A DNA stretch of 64,000 nt from assembly GCA_963665325.3 (NCBI GenBank), contig CAXXWS020000001.1, positions 96,001-160,000 of the forward strand, read 5' to 3'. Both the position numbers and the translations under genes were made by a program. Position 1 is the first letter of the stretch; each line of letters opens with the position of its first letter. This stretch comes from Alphaproteobacteria bacterium (GTDB taxonomy: Bacteria > Pseudomonadota > Alphaproteobacteria > Bin95). The notes under the pieces were generated by a model. It was not told the origin of the DNA. It saw only the letters and a list, made by a program, of their open reading frames with translations, and did not search any database. Positions 40,339 through 50,131 of this stretch are shown here, piece by piece.

Positions 40339-41280
40339 CTACTGCATCTTGTCGAGACCGAGCTCGAGTGAGCACGTGCCGACTGCGCGACCGGCGTTGA
40401 GGCGTTCTTGCGAAAACGCGTGTCTGAGGTCGGTAGAGACGATCAGAGAGAAGTGGCTCGGGTGGTCCATTCTGTCGTAGGCGCAGTCACACATTTTGAT
40501 GATCTGGGGGCGCTGGACGTCGGTCAATGGAATGCCTTTTCGCAGTTTGGATTGCTCGTCGAAGAAGGTAAGGCAGGTGTCGTTCACGAATTCCTCGCGT
40601 CGCCGTTGTTGTTCAATGACGGCCATTTCTCGAGCGAAGCCGGATGAGGAAGGGTGGTTTCCTGTTTTCGCGAGAGACTGCAGTTGGTCGGGTGGGACGA
40701 GTTCGACAACCGAATAAATCTTCGACTCTACTGCATCGGTGATTTGGTAGTCTCCGATGCCGAGGGCGACCTGGAGGACCGTGTAATTGGGTTCGAGGAA
40801 GTAGAGGACGAGATAGTCCGCAATGTCGAACAGGCAATTGTTCCGGAATGCGGTGATGGAGGCTATCCAGTCGTCGATGACCGCCGGATGGTCGGGACTG
40901 CGCCAGTTGAAGTCGTAGACGTAATCGGAGTGTGTGAGGATCCGGTCCTTCAGCTCAGCGTATACATCGGGGTGTTCGTCAGGTCCTGCCAGAATGAACG
41001 GGATGGCAGCGATGTAGGCGGGGGCATAAGGGACTTCGTGTTCGGAGAGCCCGTCCATGGCATTGCCTTTGTTGAACAGGGCGCCGAAAGTTCCGACCGC
41101 CTCTAGCTTTGGCGCGCATTGGTCACGCTCTGCGAGCAGGCGCTCGCTGTCGTCTTGGATTCTCTCCCGACGTTGTTGTTCGCTTTCGGATTTTGCCGCT
41201 TCTGCTTTTCGTTGCGAATCGGCTGAAGCTGGAAGGACAGCAAGTAGAGAAAGGGCACAGGTTAGAAGGAGACGCTTCAT
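40339..41280 (-). CDS. Secreted hypothetical protein
   Basis: Signal peptide MKRLLLTCALSLLAVLPASA; several Cys; lower GC than flanks. Confidence 0.7.
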   Translation of the reverse strand: MKRLLLTCALSLLAVLPASADSQRKAEAAKSESEQQRRERIQDDSERLLAERDQCAPKLEAVGTFGALFNKGNAMDGLSEHEVPYAPAYIAAIPFILAGPDEHPDVYAELKDRILTHSDYVYDFNWRSPDHPAVIDDWIASITAFRNNCLFDIADYLVLYFLEPNYTVLQVALGIGDYQITDAVESKIYSVVELVPPDQLQSLAKTGNHPSSSGFAREMAVIEQQRRREEFVNDTCLTFFDEQSKLRKGIPLTDVQRPQIIKMCDCAYDRMDHPSHFSLIVSTDLRHAFSQERLNAGRAVGTCSLELGLDKMQ

Positions 41281-41347
41281 TTTCTGGACCTTGGCTAGAT
41301 GTGCTGGGAGGTAATCCTTCGTTCGTCGGGTGATGGGGCTGGAGATT

Positions 41348-42229
41348 TCATCGATTGAGGGTTCGCTTCCAGTCTTTTCGGAGGGGTCGCAGCCAGATGT
41401 CCTTCCTGGGCTCGGCCCGTTTCATGTGGGTGTCGTAGCGTCCCCGGCCCTGGGTGGTCCCGACCCGTATCCAGCCGGAAGCCCTGTAGACGGCGCCGGT
41501 ATAGCGCGGGGTCTCGACGAAGGTCTCGATGAGCACGGGGGTGGTGTTGTAGCGTTCGGTCCAGTCGAGGGGCAGGCGGCGGCGCACGAGGGCGAGGATG
41601 TGCGAGCCGAGGTTGGGGATCTCGACCCATGGCAGGATGAGGAAGCGGGGGTTGTCGACCACCAGCGGCAGGTTCTTCTCGCGCATCTCGGGGGTCCATC
41701 CGATGAAGTCGTCGCGCGGGGCGAGCTTCCAGGCGGCGGTGGAGAAGCCGAGCATGGCGATGGGCCAGCCGTTCCGATCGTGGACGGCGTAGCGCATCTG
41801 GGCGCCGACCAGGGTCTTGTATCCGAGGTAGTGGTAGCGGGCGACGAACTCGTTCCACAGCCTGCCCTCGCGGGTCTCGCGCACGACGGTGCGCATCTCC
41901 AGCGGGCGGACCTCGTCGAGGGTGGTCGGAGCGGGGAACAGCGGCGGCTCGGTGTCCGGTCCGAAGACGATGGGCCTGGGCCGGCCCTGCTTTCCCCTCG
42001 GCGGCGGCAGGACGATCACGCCGTCGCGGTGCATGGCGAGCATGGTGACCCGGGCCATCATGTCCTTGAGCCCGCCGTCGGGCTTGAGCCAGCCGATGCG
42101 CCGGCAGAACTCTCGGGACAGGGCGGCTCGGGTGGGCTGCGGATCGGCGGCGATCAGGGCGCGCAGCAGCGCCATCTCGTCGGTGGTGAAGTCGCGGCCG
42201 TAGTAGCGGCACTCGATCGTGCCGGTCAT
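41348..42229 (-). CDS. DUF4338 (Druantia DruA-like) protein
   Basis: WNEFVARYHYLG, RDDFIGW, RFLILPWV.IPNLGS, ETFV, G..YRASGW..VG.TQGRG; ATGA-coupled to transposase. Confidence 0.85.
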   Translation of the reverse strand: MTGTIECRYYGRDFTTDEMALLRALIAADPQPTRAALSREFCRRIGWLKPDGGLKDMMARVTMLAMHRDGVIVLPPPRGKQGRPRPIVFGPDTEPPLFPAPTTLDEVRPLEMRTVVRETREGRLWNEFVARYHYLGYKTLVGAQMRYAVHDRNGWPIAMLGFSTAAWKLAPRDDFIGWTPEMREKNLPLVVDNPRFLILPWVEIPNLGSHILALVRRRLPLDWTERYNTTPVLIETFVETPRYTGAVYRASGWIRVGTTQGRGRYDTHMKRAEPRKDIWLRPLRKDWKRTLNR

Positions 42230-42490
42230 CCCGGCGTCGTGAACTTGCGCTTGCGCGCCTCGCTCATCGTCCAGGGCAGCCAGGGCGACAGGTCGTCCGG
42301 CGGCTTGCCGCCATTCTTCGCGCACGCCGTCAGCCATGCCTCCAGCCAGCGCAACACGTCGATGCCGTGCATCGAGAGCGTGCCCACCACGGAGTGCATG
42401 ATCGCGGTGAACTTCGCGCCGTCCTCGCTGTTCGAACCGAAGCTCAATCGGCGCCGGATGACCGCGCAGCGCAGTCCGCGCTCGGCGATG
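42226..42490 (-). pseudogene. IS66-B transposase C-terminal part
   Basis: IAERGLRCAVIRRRLSFGSNS...WLPW. Confidence 0.88.
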
Positions 42491-42571
42491 TTATCCCCGA
42501 TCACGGATTATTCCCGATTCGTCGCCGGACCCGCCGATTCGCGCAGCATCGAGCGCAAGATGCCGGAATAA

Positions 42572-43570
42572 TCACAAGCTGTTCAGGAACGCCAGGACAC
42601 TGTCCTGCGGTTCGTACCTTCTCATTGGGGTCCCGGCAGGGGTCGTTCTGGCCATTGCCCGCTCCTTCAGTTCGAGATCGGCATGCAAATAGATGTAGGT
42701 GGTCTCGACGGATTCATGCCCGAGCCACAACGCGATGGTTGCACGGTCAACGCCAGCTTGAAGCAGTTCCATGGCGGCGCTGTGGCGCAGGGTATGGGGC
42801 GTGACCCGTTTGTCCGCCAGCGACGTGCAGGCCGCCCGCGCGACGGCGAGGTTCCGAGCCAGGAGATAGTCGAAACTGCCATGCGTGAGCGGTCTGCTGC
42901 GCTGGTTCGGGAAGATCCGGTCATAGGGCTCGCCGCCGCGCTCTTTCAACCACGCACGGAGGGCCGCCACCGAGTCCCGGCGCAACGGGATCGAGCGCTC
43001 CTTCCGCCCCTTGCCGTGACAGCGGACATGAGCGCCGTCACCAAGGCGGACATCGGTGCGGCGCAGGGCGATGATCTCCGAGCTCCGCATGCCGGTCTGC
43101 AGCGCCACCAACAGCAAGCAGTAGTCGCGTCGCCCAACCCAACCGGTCCGATCCGGTGCCCGCAGGAGAGCTTCGCTCTCCGCGCGATTGAGGAAGTCGA
43201 CCTCTCGTCGGGTATAGCGTTTGGTCGGTATGGCCAGGACCCGTTGAGCCAGGGCTGCATGCTGCGGCTCGTGCAGGGCGACATAACCGAACAGAGACCG
43301 GATTGCCGCCAGGCGGGCATTGCGGGTACGGACATCGTTGCCGCGCTCGTGCTCGAGATGATTGAGGAAGTCACCGATGAAGTCGGCGTCGAGATCCTCG
43401 AAAGACAGGTCCTGTGGCGACTTGCCGAGGACCCTGTTGGCATGGTTGACGAGAAGCCGGAACGTGTCGCGGTAGCTGGCGATGGTGTTGGGGCTGACCT
43501 GACGTTGCTGCATGAGGTACCGGGAGAAGAACAGGGCCAGCAGCTTGGCAAAATCGGCGATCGCACTCAT
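42572..43570 (-). CDS. ritC: RIT tyrosine recombinase C
   Basis: Identical translation to 36767-37765. Confidence 0.9.
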   Translation of the reverse strand: MSAIADFAKLLALFFSRYLMQQRQVSPNTIASYRDTFRLLVNHANRVLGKSPQDLSFEDLDADFIGDFLNHLEHERGNDVRTRNARLAAIRSLFGYVALHEPQHAALAQRVLAIPTKRYTRREVDFLNRAESEALLRAPDRTGWVGRRDYCLLLVALQTGMRSSEIIALRRTDVRLGDGAHVRCHGKGRKERSIPLRRDSVAALRAWLKERGGEPYDRIFPNQRSRPLTHGSFDYLLARNLAVARAACTSLADKRVTPHTLRHSAAMELLQAGVDRATIALWLGHESVETTYIYLHADLELKERAMARTTPAGTPMRRYEPQDSVLAFLNSL

Positions 43571-44496
43571 GAGCTGTGCCTCCCCTGCCATTCATCGAGA
43601 CGCCAGGCGGAAAGCGCCATGAGTTCGGGAACTGCGGTGAGATACCAATAGGAATCGGCAATACAGCTATGGCCGAGCCAGGTGGAGAGACGTGGCAGGT
43701 GGCGGTCGACGTCAACACCGTCGCGATACCACCGAATCAGAGTTCTTACGGAGAAGGTGTGACGGAGATCGTGAAGGCGGGGTCCATGGGAAGCCGCGGG
43801 GTCCCGCAGACCGGTCTGACACGTCAGGGTCTTGAACGTCTTGCGGAAGCTTGCCTTGCCGATCCGCTTCGCGCGTTCGTTCAGGAAGAAGGCGGGAGAT
43901 TGCGGACGAGGACAGCGTTCGTCCCGCCAGGCAGCGTACTCGCTCAAGGCCTGCACGGTCGTGTCATGGCAGAGGTTGAGACGCGACTTGCCGAACTTGC
44001 TCTCGCGGATGGTCAGGATCCCCTGCCGGAGATCGACATCGTCGCGGTCGAGACGGACCACTTCGCCGCTGCGCATGCCGGTCACCGCCAGCAGGCCCAG
44101 CATCGTCGAGCAGGTCCGCGGGCGGAGATGCCCGGACAGATCACGTGCGGCACCGATCAGGTCTTCGATCTCGCCATCACTGTAGATGTAGGGCTGGGGG
44201 CGCTGGCGCCGATAGGGCAGGAGCCGCTGAGGCGGGACCTCGTGGCGCGGATCGACCGCGTGAACATAGCGGGCGAACTGACGGACTTCCGACAGGCGGC
44301 GCGCCCGCCATTCCTGTTGGACGCCTTCCGGCTTGCTGGCCCACTCGATCGCCAGCGCGGCGGTGATGAACGGGGCCTCGCGCTGCGCCAGAAACGCGAT
44401 GAACTGGAACAGGAGCCCGCGCGTCATCAGGAGCTTGGCCCCCAGGGAGCGGCGGAAGGCGAGATAGTCCTCACACAGGGTCCGAAGGCTTGTCAT
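43567..44496 (-). CDS. ritB: RIT tyrosine recombinase B
   Basis: Identical translation to 35841-36770. Confidence 0.9.
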   Translation of the reverse strand: MTSLRTLCEDYLAFRRSLGAKLLMTRGLLFQFIAFLAQREAPFITAALAIEWASKPEGVQQEWRARRLSEVRQFARYVHAVDPRHEVPPQRLLPYRRQRPQPYIYSDGEIEDLIGAARDLSGHLRPRTCSTMLGLLAVTGMRSGEVVRLDRDDVDLRQGILTIRESKFGKSRLNLCHDTTVQALSEYAAWRDERCPRPQSPAFFLNERAKRIGKASFRKTFKTLTCQTGLRDPAASHGPRLHDLRHTFSVRTLIRWYRDGVDVDRHLPRLSTWLGHSCIADSYWYLTAVPELMALSAWRLDEWQGRHSS

Positions 44497-45743
44497 GCCG
44501 CACCTCCCGGCCACGCCGGGGCCAGGGGGCGAAGGGCGTCAAGATCGACCTTGGCGTAGATCCGCGTGCTGTCGGGACTGTGGTGCCGCAGGATCTGCCC
44601 GATCTCCTCGAGCGAGGCTCCGTTGCGCAGCATTCTGGTTGCCAGTGAATGACGAAGAAGATGGGCCGCGCCCCTGCCCGGTCGTTCGATTCCGGCCCGT
44701 GCGAACGCATAACGAACGATTTTGACAACGGCGCACGACGACTGAAAGCCGCGAACCGGGGCATAGCGCCCCACAAACAGACGGCGTGTCGCACAAGTCG
44801 GCCGACCGGCTTGCAGATACGCAACGAGAGCTTCGCCGACCTCTTGGGGCAGGGGCAGAACATCGCGTCGGCCACCCTTGCCGACCACGGCAATCTCGGC
44901 GTTGCCCCAGTCGATGTCGTCCAGGGTCAGGCGCACGACCTCACAGGCCCGCAATCCGAGGAGCGCCAGCAACAGCAGAACGCCGTAATCGCGCCGACCA
45001 GTGACCGTGCTGCGGTCGCAACTGGCGAGTACCGCTTTGACCTGATCCGGCTCCAGCCCCTTGGGCAAGCTCGACAGGCGCCAGGTTCTGACCCCGGCTA
45101 TCCCGTCGGCGATATCTGTGGCCATGATCCCGGATCGATACAGATACCCCGTGAAACTGCGCAAAGCCGCAACATGGACCCGTGTCGTCGCCGGACTGTG
45201 GCTCTGGCACGAGTGCAGAATGAACCCGTTGATGTCCTGGATACCCAGAGACTCAAGCTCAGCAGGCCTGGACTCGAAACGATCGCCGAGAAAGGTTCGA
45301 ACGGTCGACAGATAAGCCTGTACCGTGTTCAGGCTTGCGCCGCGTTCGCCGAAGAGGAAGCGCTCATACCGGTCTACGGCGTCCCCAACCGGGTCATCGC
45401 ACGACGGTTCGGCCTCGACCGGCGCCAGACGGCCGGTCTCGCGTAGCCACGTCAACAGCTCCCGACCGTCGGACATGACGTTGGCCGTGTACTTGCCGAG
45501 GCGTGATCGGAAGCTACGAAACCGTTCGAGTTGCACCTCGTCCAGCGCCGGAAGGTTGAGCCCGTGATCCCCCAGCCAGCGGCTGAACTGGCCGACCAAT
45601 CGAAGCTTCCGGCGTCCGGTCTTCCGCGCGTAGCCCTGATGCGCGAGCCAATCCGCAAAATCATCAACATGGCTGGCGAGCGGGCCGGCATACAGCCGAT
45701 CCCAGCCCGCTCCTGCCGCGAGAAAGAAGTGGGTTGTCGACAT
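44493..45743 (-). CDS. ritA: RIT tyrosine recombinase A
   Basis: Identical translation to 34594-35844. Confidence 0.9.
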   Translation of the reverse strand: MSTTHFFLAAGAGWDRLYAGPLASHVDDFADWLAHQGYARKTGRRKLRLVGQFSRWLGDHGLNLPALDEVQLERFRSFRSRLGKYTANVMSDGRELLTWLRETGRLAPVEAEPSCDDPVGDAVDRYERFLFGERGASLNTVQAYLSTVRTFLGDRFESRPAELESLGIQDINGFILHSCQSHSPATTRVHVAALRSFTGYLYRSGIMATDIADGIAGVRTWRLSSLPKGLEPDQVKAVLASCDRSTVTGRRDYGVLLLLALLGLRACEVVRLTLDDIDWGNAEIAVVGKGGRRDVLPLPQEVGEALVAYLQAGRPTCATRRLFVGRYAPVRGFQSSCAVVKIVRYAFARAGIERPGRGAAHLLRHSLATRMLRNGASLEEIGQILRHHSPDSTRIYAKVDLDALRPLAPAWPGGAA

Positions 45744-45907
45744 CTGTCTTCTCCTTTGCATACGCTGGCGAGCGAGCCAGCGGGAGAAGACAGCTTGTGA
45801 TTATTCCGGCATCTTGCGCTCGATGCTGCGCGAATCGGCGGGTCCGGCGACGAATCGGGAATAATCCGTGATCGGGGATAACGAGGCTTATTCCAGATCT
45901 GAAATAA

Positions 45908-47778
45908 GCCTCGTTGTTGTCCATGGGGATGAAGGGCTTGTCGAGGAAGACGCACAGCCCCTCGCGATGCTTGAGCAGTCTGCGCAGCGGCTTGGCCTTG
46001 CGCGACCCGTCCGACAGGCTGGCCAGCTCCGCTTCGGCGTCCGCGAACAGGCGCTCGACGGCGGTCTTCAGGGCAGCCTGCGCCGCGTCGAAGGCCGGCG
46101 TCTGGCGTTCGGGTGCGCGAGCGGGGTCGTAATGTTCCAGCCGCTCCTTGTTCAGCCGGTAGATATCCGCGATCCGCTCGACCCAGCCATCGCTCCAGGC
46201 AGAGAGCCGGGCATGGCCGACCACGCTCTGGACGAAGTCGCGCCTCTGGTGGGCCCAGCACCAGCACAGGATCACCTTGCCGCCGAGTTCGCGCGCCAGC
46301 TTCCTGTAGGCGCTGTAGCGGTCGCAGACCACATACACGGTGCAGGCGGTGTCGCCGAACAGGCTCTTTGCGACCTCGGCGCTGCGCGAGGGGTCGATGA
46401 GGTAGTAGACTGCATCCTCGCTGACCGAGATCCACAGCCAGGCGCGGCTCGACCGGCCGTTGCGGCGGTACTCCTGCACCCGCCAGCCGGTCTCGTCGGC
46501 ATGGCGCAGCGTCGCCTTGTTCTGGTGCGCGAGGATCGCTTCGGCGAGCGGCTCGAACAGCGGCACGAAGCGCTTGATGCTGTCGGCCAGGGTTCCCGGC
46601 GAGATCGCCAGCCCCTGGTCCCCCATCCAGGCCGCGATCCGGTTCAGCGGGCGCAGGCAGACACAGTGCTCGAAGAGAAAGCGCGTCCAGACACCGATCC
46701 CGTAGGACGTGTTGTCGAACAGCCGCTCCGGCGGGGGCGCGGTGACTTCCAGGGGCGAGGACGCGCAGTCGCAACCCCGGCGCCAGCGTGTGCGGAGGAT
46801 CCTGCGAATGTGGGCCTTGACCTCGATCTCGACGAGGCTCGTGGAACGCTCGCCGTTGGCGATATAGGGCTTGCCGCAGCAGGAGCAGGTGCGCGCGGCC
46901 TTCGGCGGATTGCGCCGTTCCTTCTTCTCGCCGAGCCCGGGCCGCGGGGTGCGGCCGTGGCCCGGCGCGCCGCGCTGCTGGCCGCGCTTGCGCCCCGTAC
47001 CCTTCTTCTTCTGCTTCTCGCTCTTGCTCCCGAACAGCGCCTTCGACAAGGCGCTTCGGGTCGATTGCAGTCGGGCTATCCGGGCTTCCAGTCCCGTGTT
47101 CCGGGCCCGCAGCGCCTCTATCTTCTTGCCCTGGCGGGCGTTCGCCCTGCGCAGAGACGCGAGCTCGTCCTTGCGCTCCCGCGCGCGTTCCAGCGCCTTG
47201 TGCAACCGGGCATTCTTCCGCGTCAGGGAAGCGACTTCCCGGCGCAGCGTCCCGATCGTGTCCTTGTCGGGCTTCCGTGTCGGCGCGGTCTTGGGCGGCC
47301 GGACGGCAGCCGTATCCTTCGCGGCTTCCGACGCCCGCAAATCCTGGCGCAACCGGACGACTTCCATGCGCAGCGACGTGATCGTGCCGCGCTTGCGCGA
47401 ATCGACGCCGGCCTCCGAAAGCAGCTTCTCCAGCCGCGCCACTTCCGACTGGTGGAACAGCGCGTCCTTCGCCGCGCGCCGGACCTCCTTCACCTCCTCG
47501 ACCGCCGCCTTGAGCTTGTCCCGGCTCTGGTCGAGGTTCCACTTCAGCGAACCGGCCTGGGAACGGGCGGTCCGCTCCGCCACAAGCAACGCTTCGGCGC
47601 GCGCTTCCGCCGCGTCCGCCCGCGCCCGCTCCTGCTCCGCGCGGGCCTCCGCCTGTTCGCACAGGGACTGCCAGTCGGGAGGCTCGCACACCGATGCCGC
47701 CATGGAAGGCGACCAGAGCCCGTCGTCGCTCTCGGCCAGCGTCAGGGTCGCCGCAAAATCCTCGTCGCGCATCGCCAT
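45908..47778 (-). pseudogene. IS66-B transposase N-terminal part with long coiled-coil extension
   Basis: LFGSKSEK, RGQQRGAPGHGR, CSCCG, HADETGW, CDRYSAY, CWAHQRRDF, PMDNN at the break. Confidence 0.9.
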
Positions 47779-47855
47779 GGGCGCGACGATAGCGAATCCC
47801 GGCCGGCGTTACCCGAGCCGCGCGCATGGCGCCCAAAACGAACTCGGACTGCCCA

Positions 47856-48494
47856 TCACCCGACGAACGAAGGATTACGCTGGGAGTGGTTGGGGGCGGA
47901 CGTGGTTGGAGTCGGATTCCACATACGGGCGAGAAACTCGCGTGCCTCGATGGCGATGGCCGTGGTGTACATCGCCGTTGTCGCTATGTCGGTATGACCC
48001 AGCACGGCTGCGATGGTGGGCAGCGGCACGCCGGCCGTGACGGCGGCGATTCCGAAGGCGTGGCGTAATCCCTTCGGACAAGCCTGCGGTCCGGAGATCC
48101 CGGCGCGATCCATAACGGCGACGATGCGCCGGTGGCCGGTTGCGCGCGACCAGGGCCAGAGCGGCTCGCCGGCGCGCCGGGCCGGGATGCCGCGCAGCCC
48201 GTGGACGAGTTCGAGCGCGCGGAGGGTCTCGGGCGGCAGAGGGACCTCGCGCCAGTGTTCGGCGCGCCTCTTGAGGCTGGATATCCGGATGGCGCTGGCG
48301 TCCAGGTCGATATCGGTCGGTCTCAGTGCGAGGGCCTCGGAGATCCGGGCTCCGCTGTGCGCCAGGGTCAGGGCGAAGGTCTGATGCTCGGGCTTCGGGG
48401 CTCGCGCAGCGGCCTGCAGGAACCGCTCGCGCTCCTCCCGGGTCAGGTATTTCCGGCCCTGGCGGTCGAACAGGGAGATGGCGTTTCCGGTCAT
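47856..48494 (-). CDS. Small catalytic-domain tyrosine recombinase; last codons replaced by the IS66-B end
   Basis: RKYLT, SGARISEAL, LKRR, PKGLRHAFG, LGH...TTAMY. Confidence 0.85.
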   Translation of the reverse strand: MTGNAISLFDRQGRKYLTREERERFLQAAARAPKPEHQTFALTLAHSGARISEALALRPTDIDLDASAIRISSLKRRAEHWREVPLPPETLRALELVHGLRGIPARRAGEPLWPWSRATGHRRIVAVMDRAGISGPQACPKGLRHAFGIAAVTAGVPLPTIAAVLGHTDIATTAMYTTAIAIEAREFLARMWNPTPTTSAPNHSQRNPSFVG

Positions 48495-48778
48495 GCTGCG
48501 AGGGCGGCGGCAATTCTGGCGACGAGGGCATCATCCACGACGATGCCTATGCGGTTGCTGTCGAGCATGCGGGATTCGAGGTCGGCGGCCAGGTGCGCAT
48601 CGGCGTCGAGCGCGGCTTCAATGCGCGCTTCGTCGCCGATGCGGCCGAGATGCCAGGCGATCCAGCCGGGGCGCCTTTCGATAGCGCGCTGGTGGACTTC
48701 GGCAGGGGTCAGGCGGCGGGCGCGGCCGTCGCCGATGAATTCGTGCTGGGAGGCGTCGATGTAGATTTCGTAAGGCAT
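48491..48778 (-). CDS. Hypothetical protein
   Basis: ATGA overlap with the recombinase start; plausible composition. Confidence 0.5.
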   Translation of the reverse strand: MPYEIYIDASQHEFIGDGRARRLTPAEVHQRAIERRPGWIAWHLGRIGDEARIEAALDADAHLAADLESRMLDSNRIGIVVDDALVARIAAALAA

Positions 48779-48990
48779 GGGCGGAGATTTCCGTGTCGGT
48801 CGGCAAGTGCGACATTACCCTTAGCGGTAGTGGCCGTCGAGTGGATTCCGGGGCCGCCTGCAAGGCTCCAGGAGCGCCGGTCGGGCCTCGCGGCGGGGTG
48901 AAGTGCGCCCCGGATTGAGACACTACCGGAATAGTGGATCACAACAAATCCTCACTTGACGGTGCCCTATTTTTTGTCGTGACATAAACA

Positions 48991-49266
48991 ATGCGGATCG
49001 AATACGACCCCGCCAAGCGCAGCACCACGCTTCGTGATCGCGGTCTCGACATGGCCGACGCCAGCAACGTGTTCAACGGCCCCACTATCACCATTGAGGA
49101 CGACCGCAGGGACTACGGCGAGCCCCGGCACATCACAGTCGGAATTCTCGCCGATCGCATGGTGTTCGTGGCATGGACCCCTCGCGGCGGTGCCCGCCGC
49201 ATTATCAGCATGAGAAAGGCCAACGCTCGTGAACAAGACCTCTACAGTCCCCGACTTCGACGATGA
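48991..49266 (+). CDS. brnT: BrnT toxin
   Basis: IEYDPAKR, DDRRDYGEPR, RRIISMRKANARE. Confidence 0.9.
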   Translation: MRIEYDPAKRSTTLRDRGLDMADASNVFNGPTITIEDDRRDYGEPRHITVGILADRMVFVAWTPRGGARRIISMRKANAREQDLYSPRLRR

Positions 49267-49468
49267 CCTGCCGGACTTCAGCACACCCGAATGGCAGAAG
49301 AAATTCAACAAGGCCACGGTGCGCCGCGGCCGGCCTAAGTCCGATATGACGAAAGTACGCACCACGCTCCGCCTCGATCCTGACATCCTTGCCGCATTTC
49401 GCTCTGGCGGGCCCGGCTGGCAAAGCCGTATCAATGATGCGCTCCGAAAAGCGGCGGGGCTCACCTGA
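49229..49468 (+). CDS. brnA: BrnA antitoxin
   Basis: RGRPK, TLRLDPDILAAFRSGGPGWQSRINDALR. Confidence 0.9.
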   Translation: MNKTSTVPDFDDDLPDFSTPEWQKKFNKATVRRGRPKSDMTKVRTTLRLDPDILAAFRSGGPGWQSRINDALRKAAGLT

Positions 49469-49549
49469 AGAGCCGATGCCGCGAACGTCGCGCTGTAGCG
49501 CGGGGCGAGAGCCCTCAACCGTCATCGGCTCCGGATCAAGAGGTTGGAT

Positions 49550-50035
49550 ATGCGACGGTTGCTTGCCGAGGTGACAGAGTACCGGGACCGGTTCATGCGG
49601 GAATGAGAGCGTATTCATGGTCGATCCGACTGACGCGGAACTCAAGGCTGCCGAGGCGCGCGGCGGCGAGATAATGAAGTCCGAACCCCGGCCACCGCCG
49701 CGCATTACGACCGCGAGACGGGCCGTGTGGTGATCGAACTTGCGAATGGCTGCACGTATATCTTTCCCGCGCAGCTGGCCCAGGAGCTGCACGGTGCCGA
49801 CGATGACGCCCTGTCCGGCATCGTGGTCGATGGCGCAGGCTTCAACCTGCACTGGCCCGCGATCGATGCCGACCTTTACGTCCCCGCCCTGGTCGCGGGC
49901 GTGTTCGGCACGCGGGACTGGATGGCGAAGGAGTGGGCGCGCACGGCCGGACGCGCCACAACGCCCGCCAAGGCCGCGGTGGCCCGGGCAAACGGCGCGA
50001 AAGGAGGCCGACCGCGCAAGAGCCGGGCGAGTTAG
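49550..50035 (+). pseudogene. DUF4160 remnant plus frameshifted DUF2442 antitoxin-like gene
   Basis: ATG 49617 out of frame with VIELANG...LHWPAIDADLYVPAL...ANGAKGGRPRK. Confidence 0.65.
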
Positions 50036-50131
50036 CAGTCTGTCGGACTTTGGGTCATCGATTGCGTATGGATTTGTCGCTGGCGGTTTTGTCGTCGGGC
50101 TGAGATTGAGCGCGATCCGGACCGGGGTATA

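Larger units (their letters stand above)
42491..45907 (-). mobile_element. RIT element copy 2 (core inverted relative to copy 1)
   Basis: Proteins identical to copy 1; TIRs 42491-42582 and 45790-45881; linker 45888-45907. Confidence 0.92.
41311..47878 (-). mobile_element. IS66-family element B with DUF4338 passenger, interrupted by RIT copy 2
   Basis: 27-bp TIR GTAATCCTTCGTTCGTCGGGTGATGGG; 8-bp target duplication GCTGGGAG at 41303-41310 and 47879-47886. Confidence 0.92.

Noticed and set aside
41348-42229. Complete Druantia system
   Set aside because: No DruE helicase or other dru genes; the gene lies within IS66 TIRs
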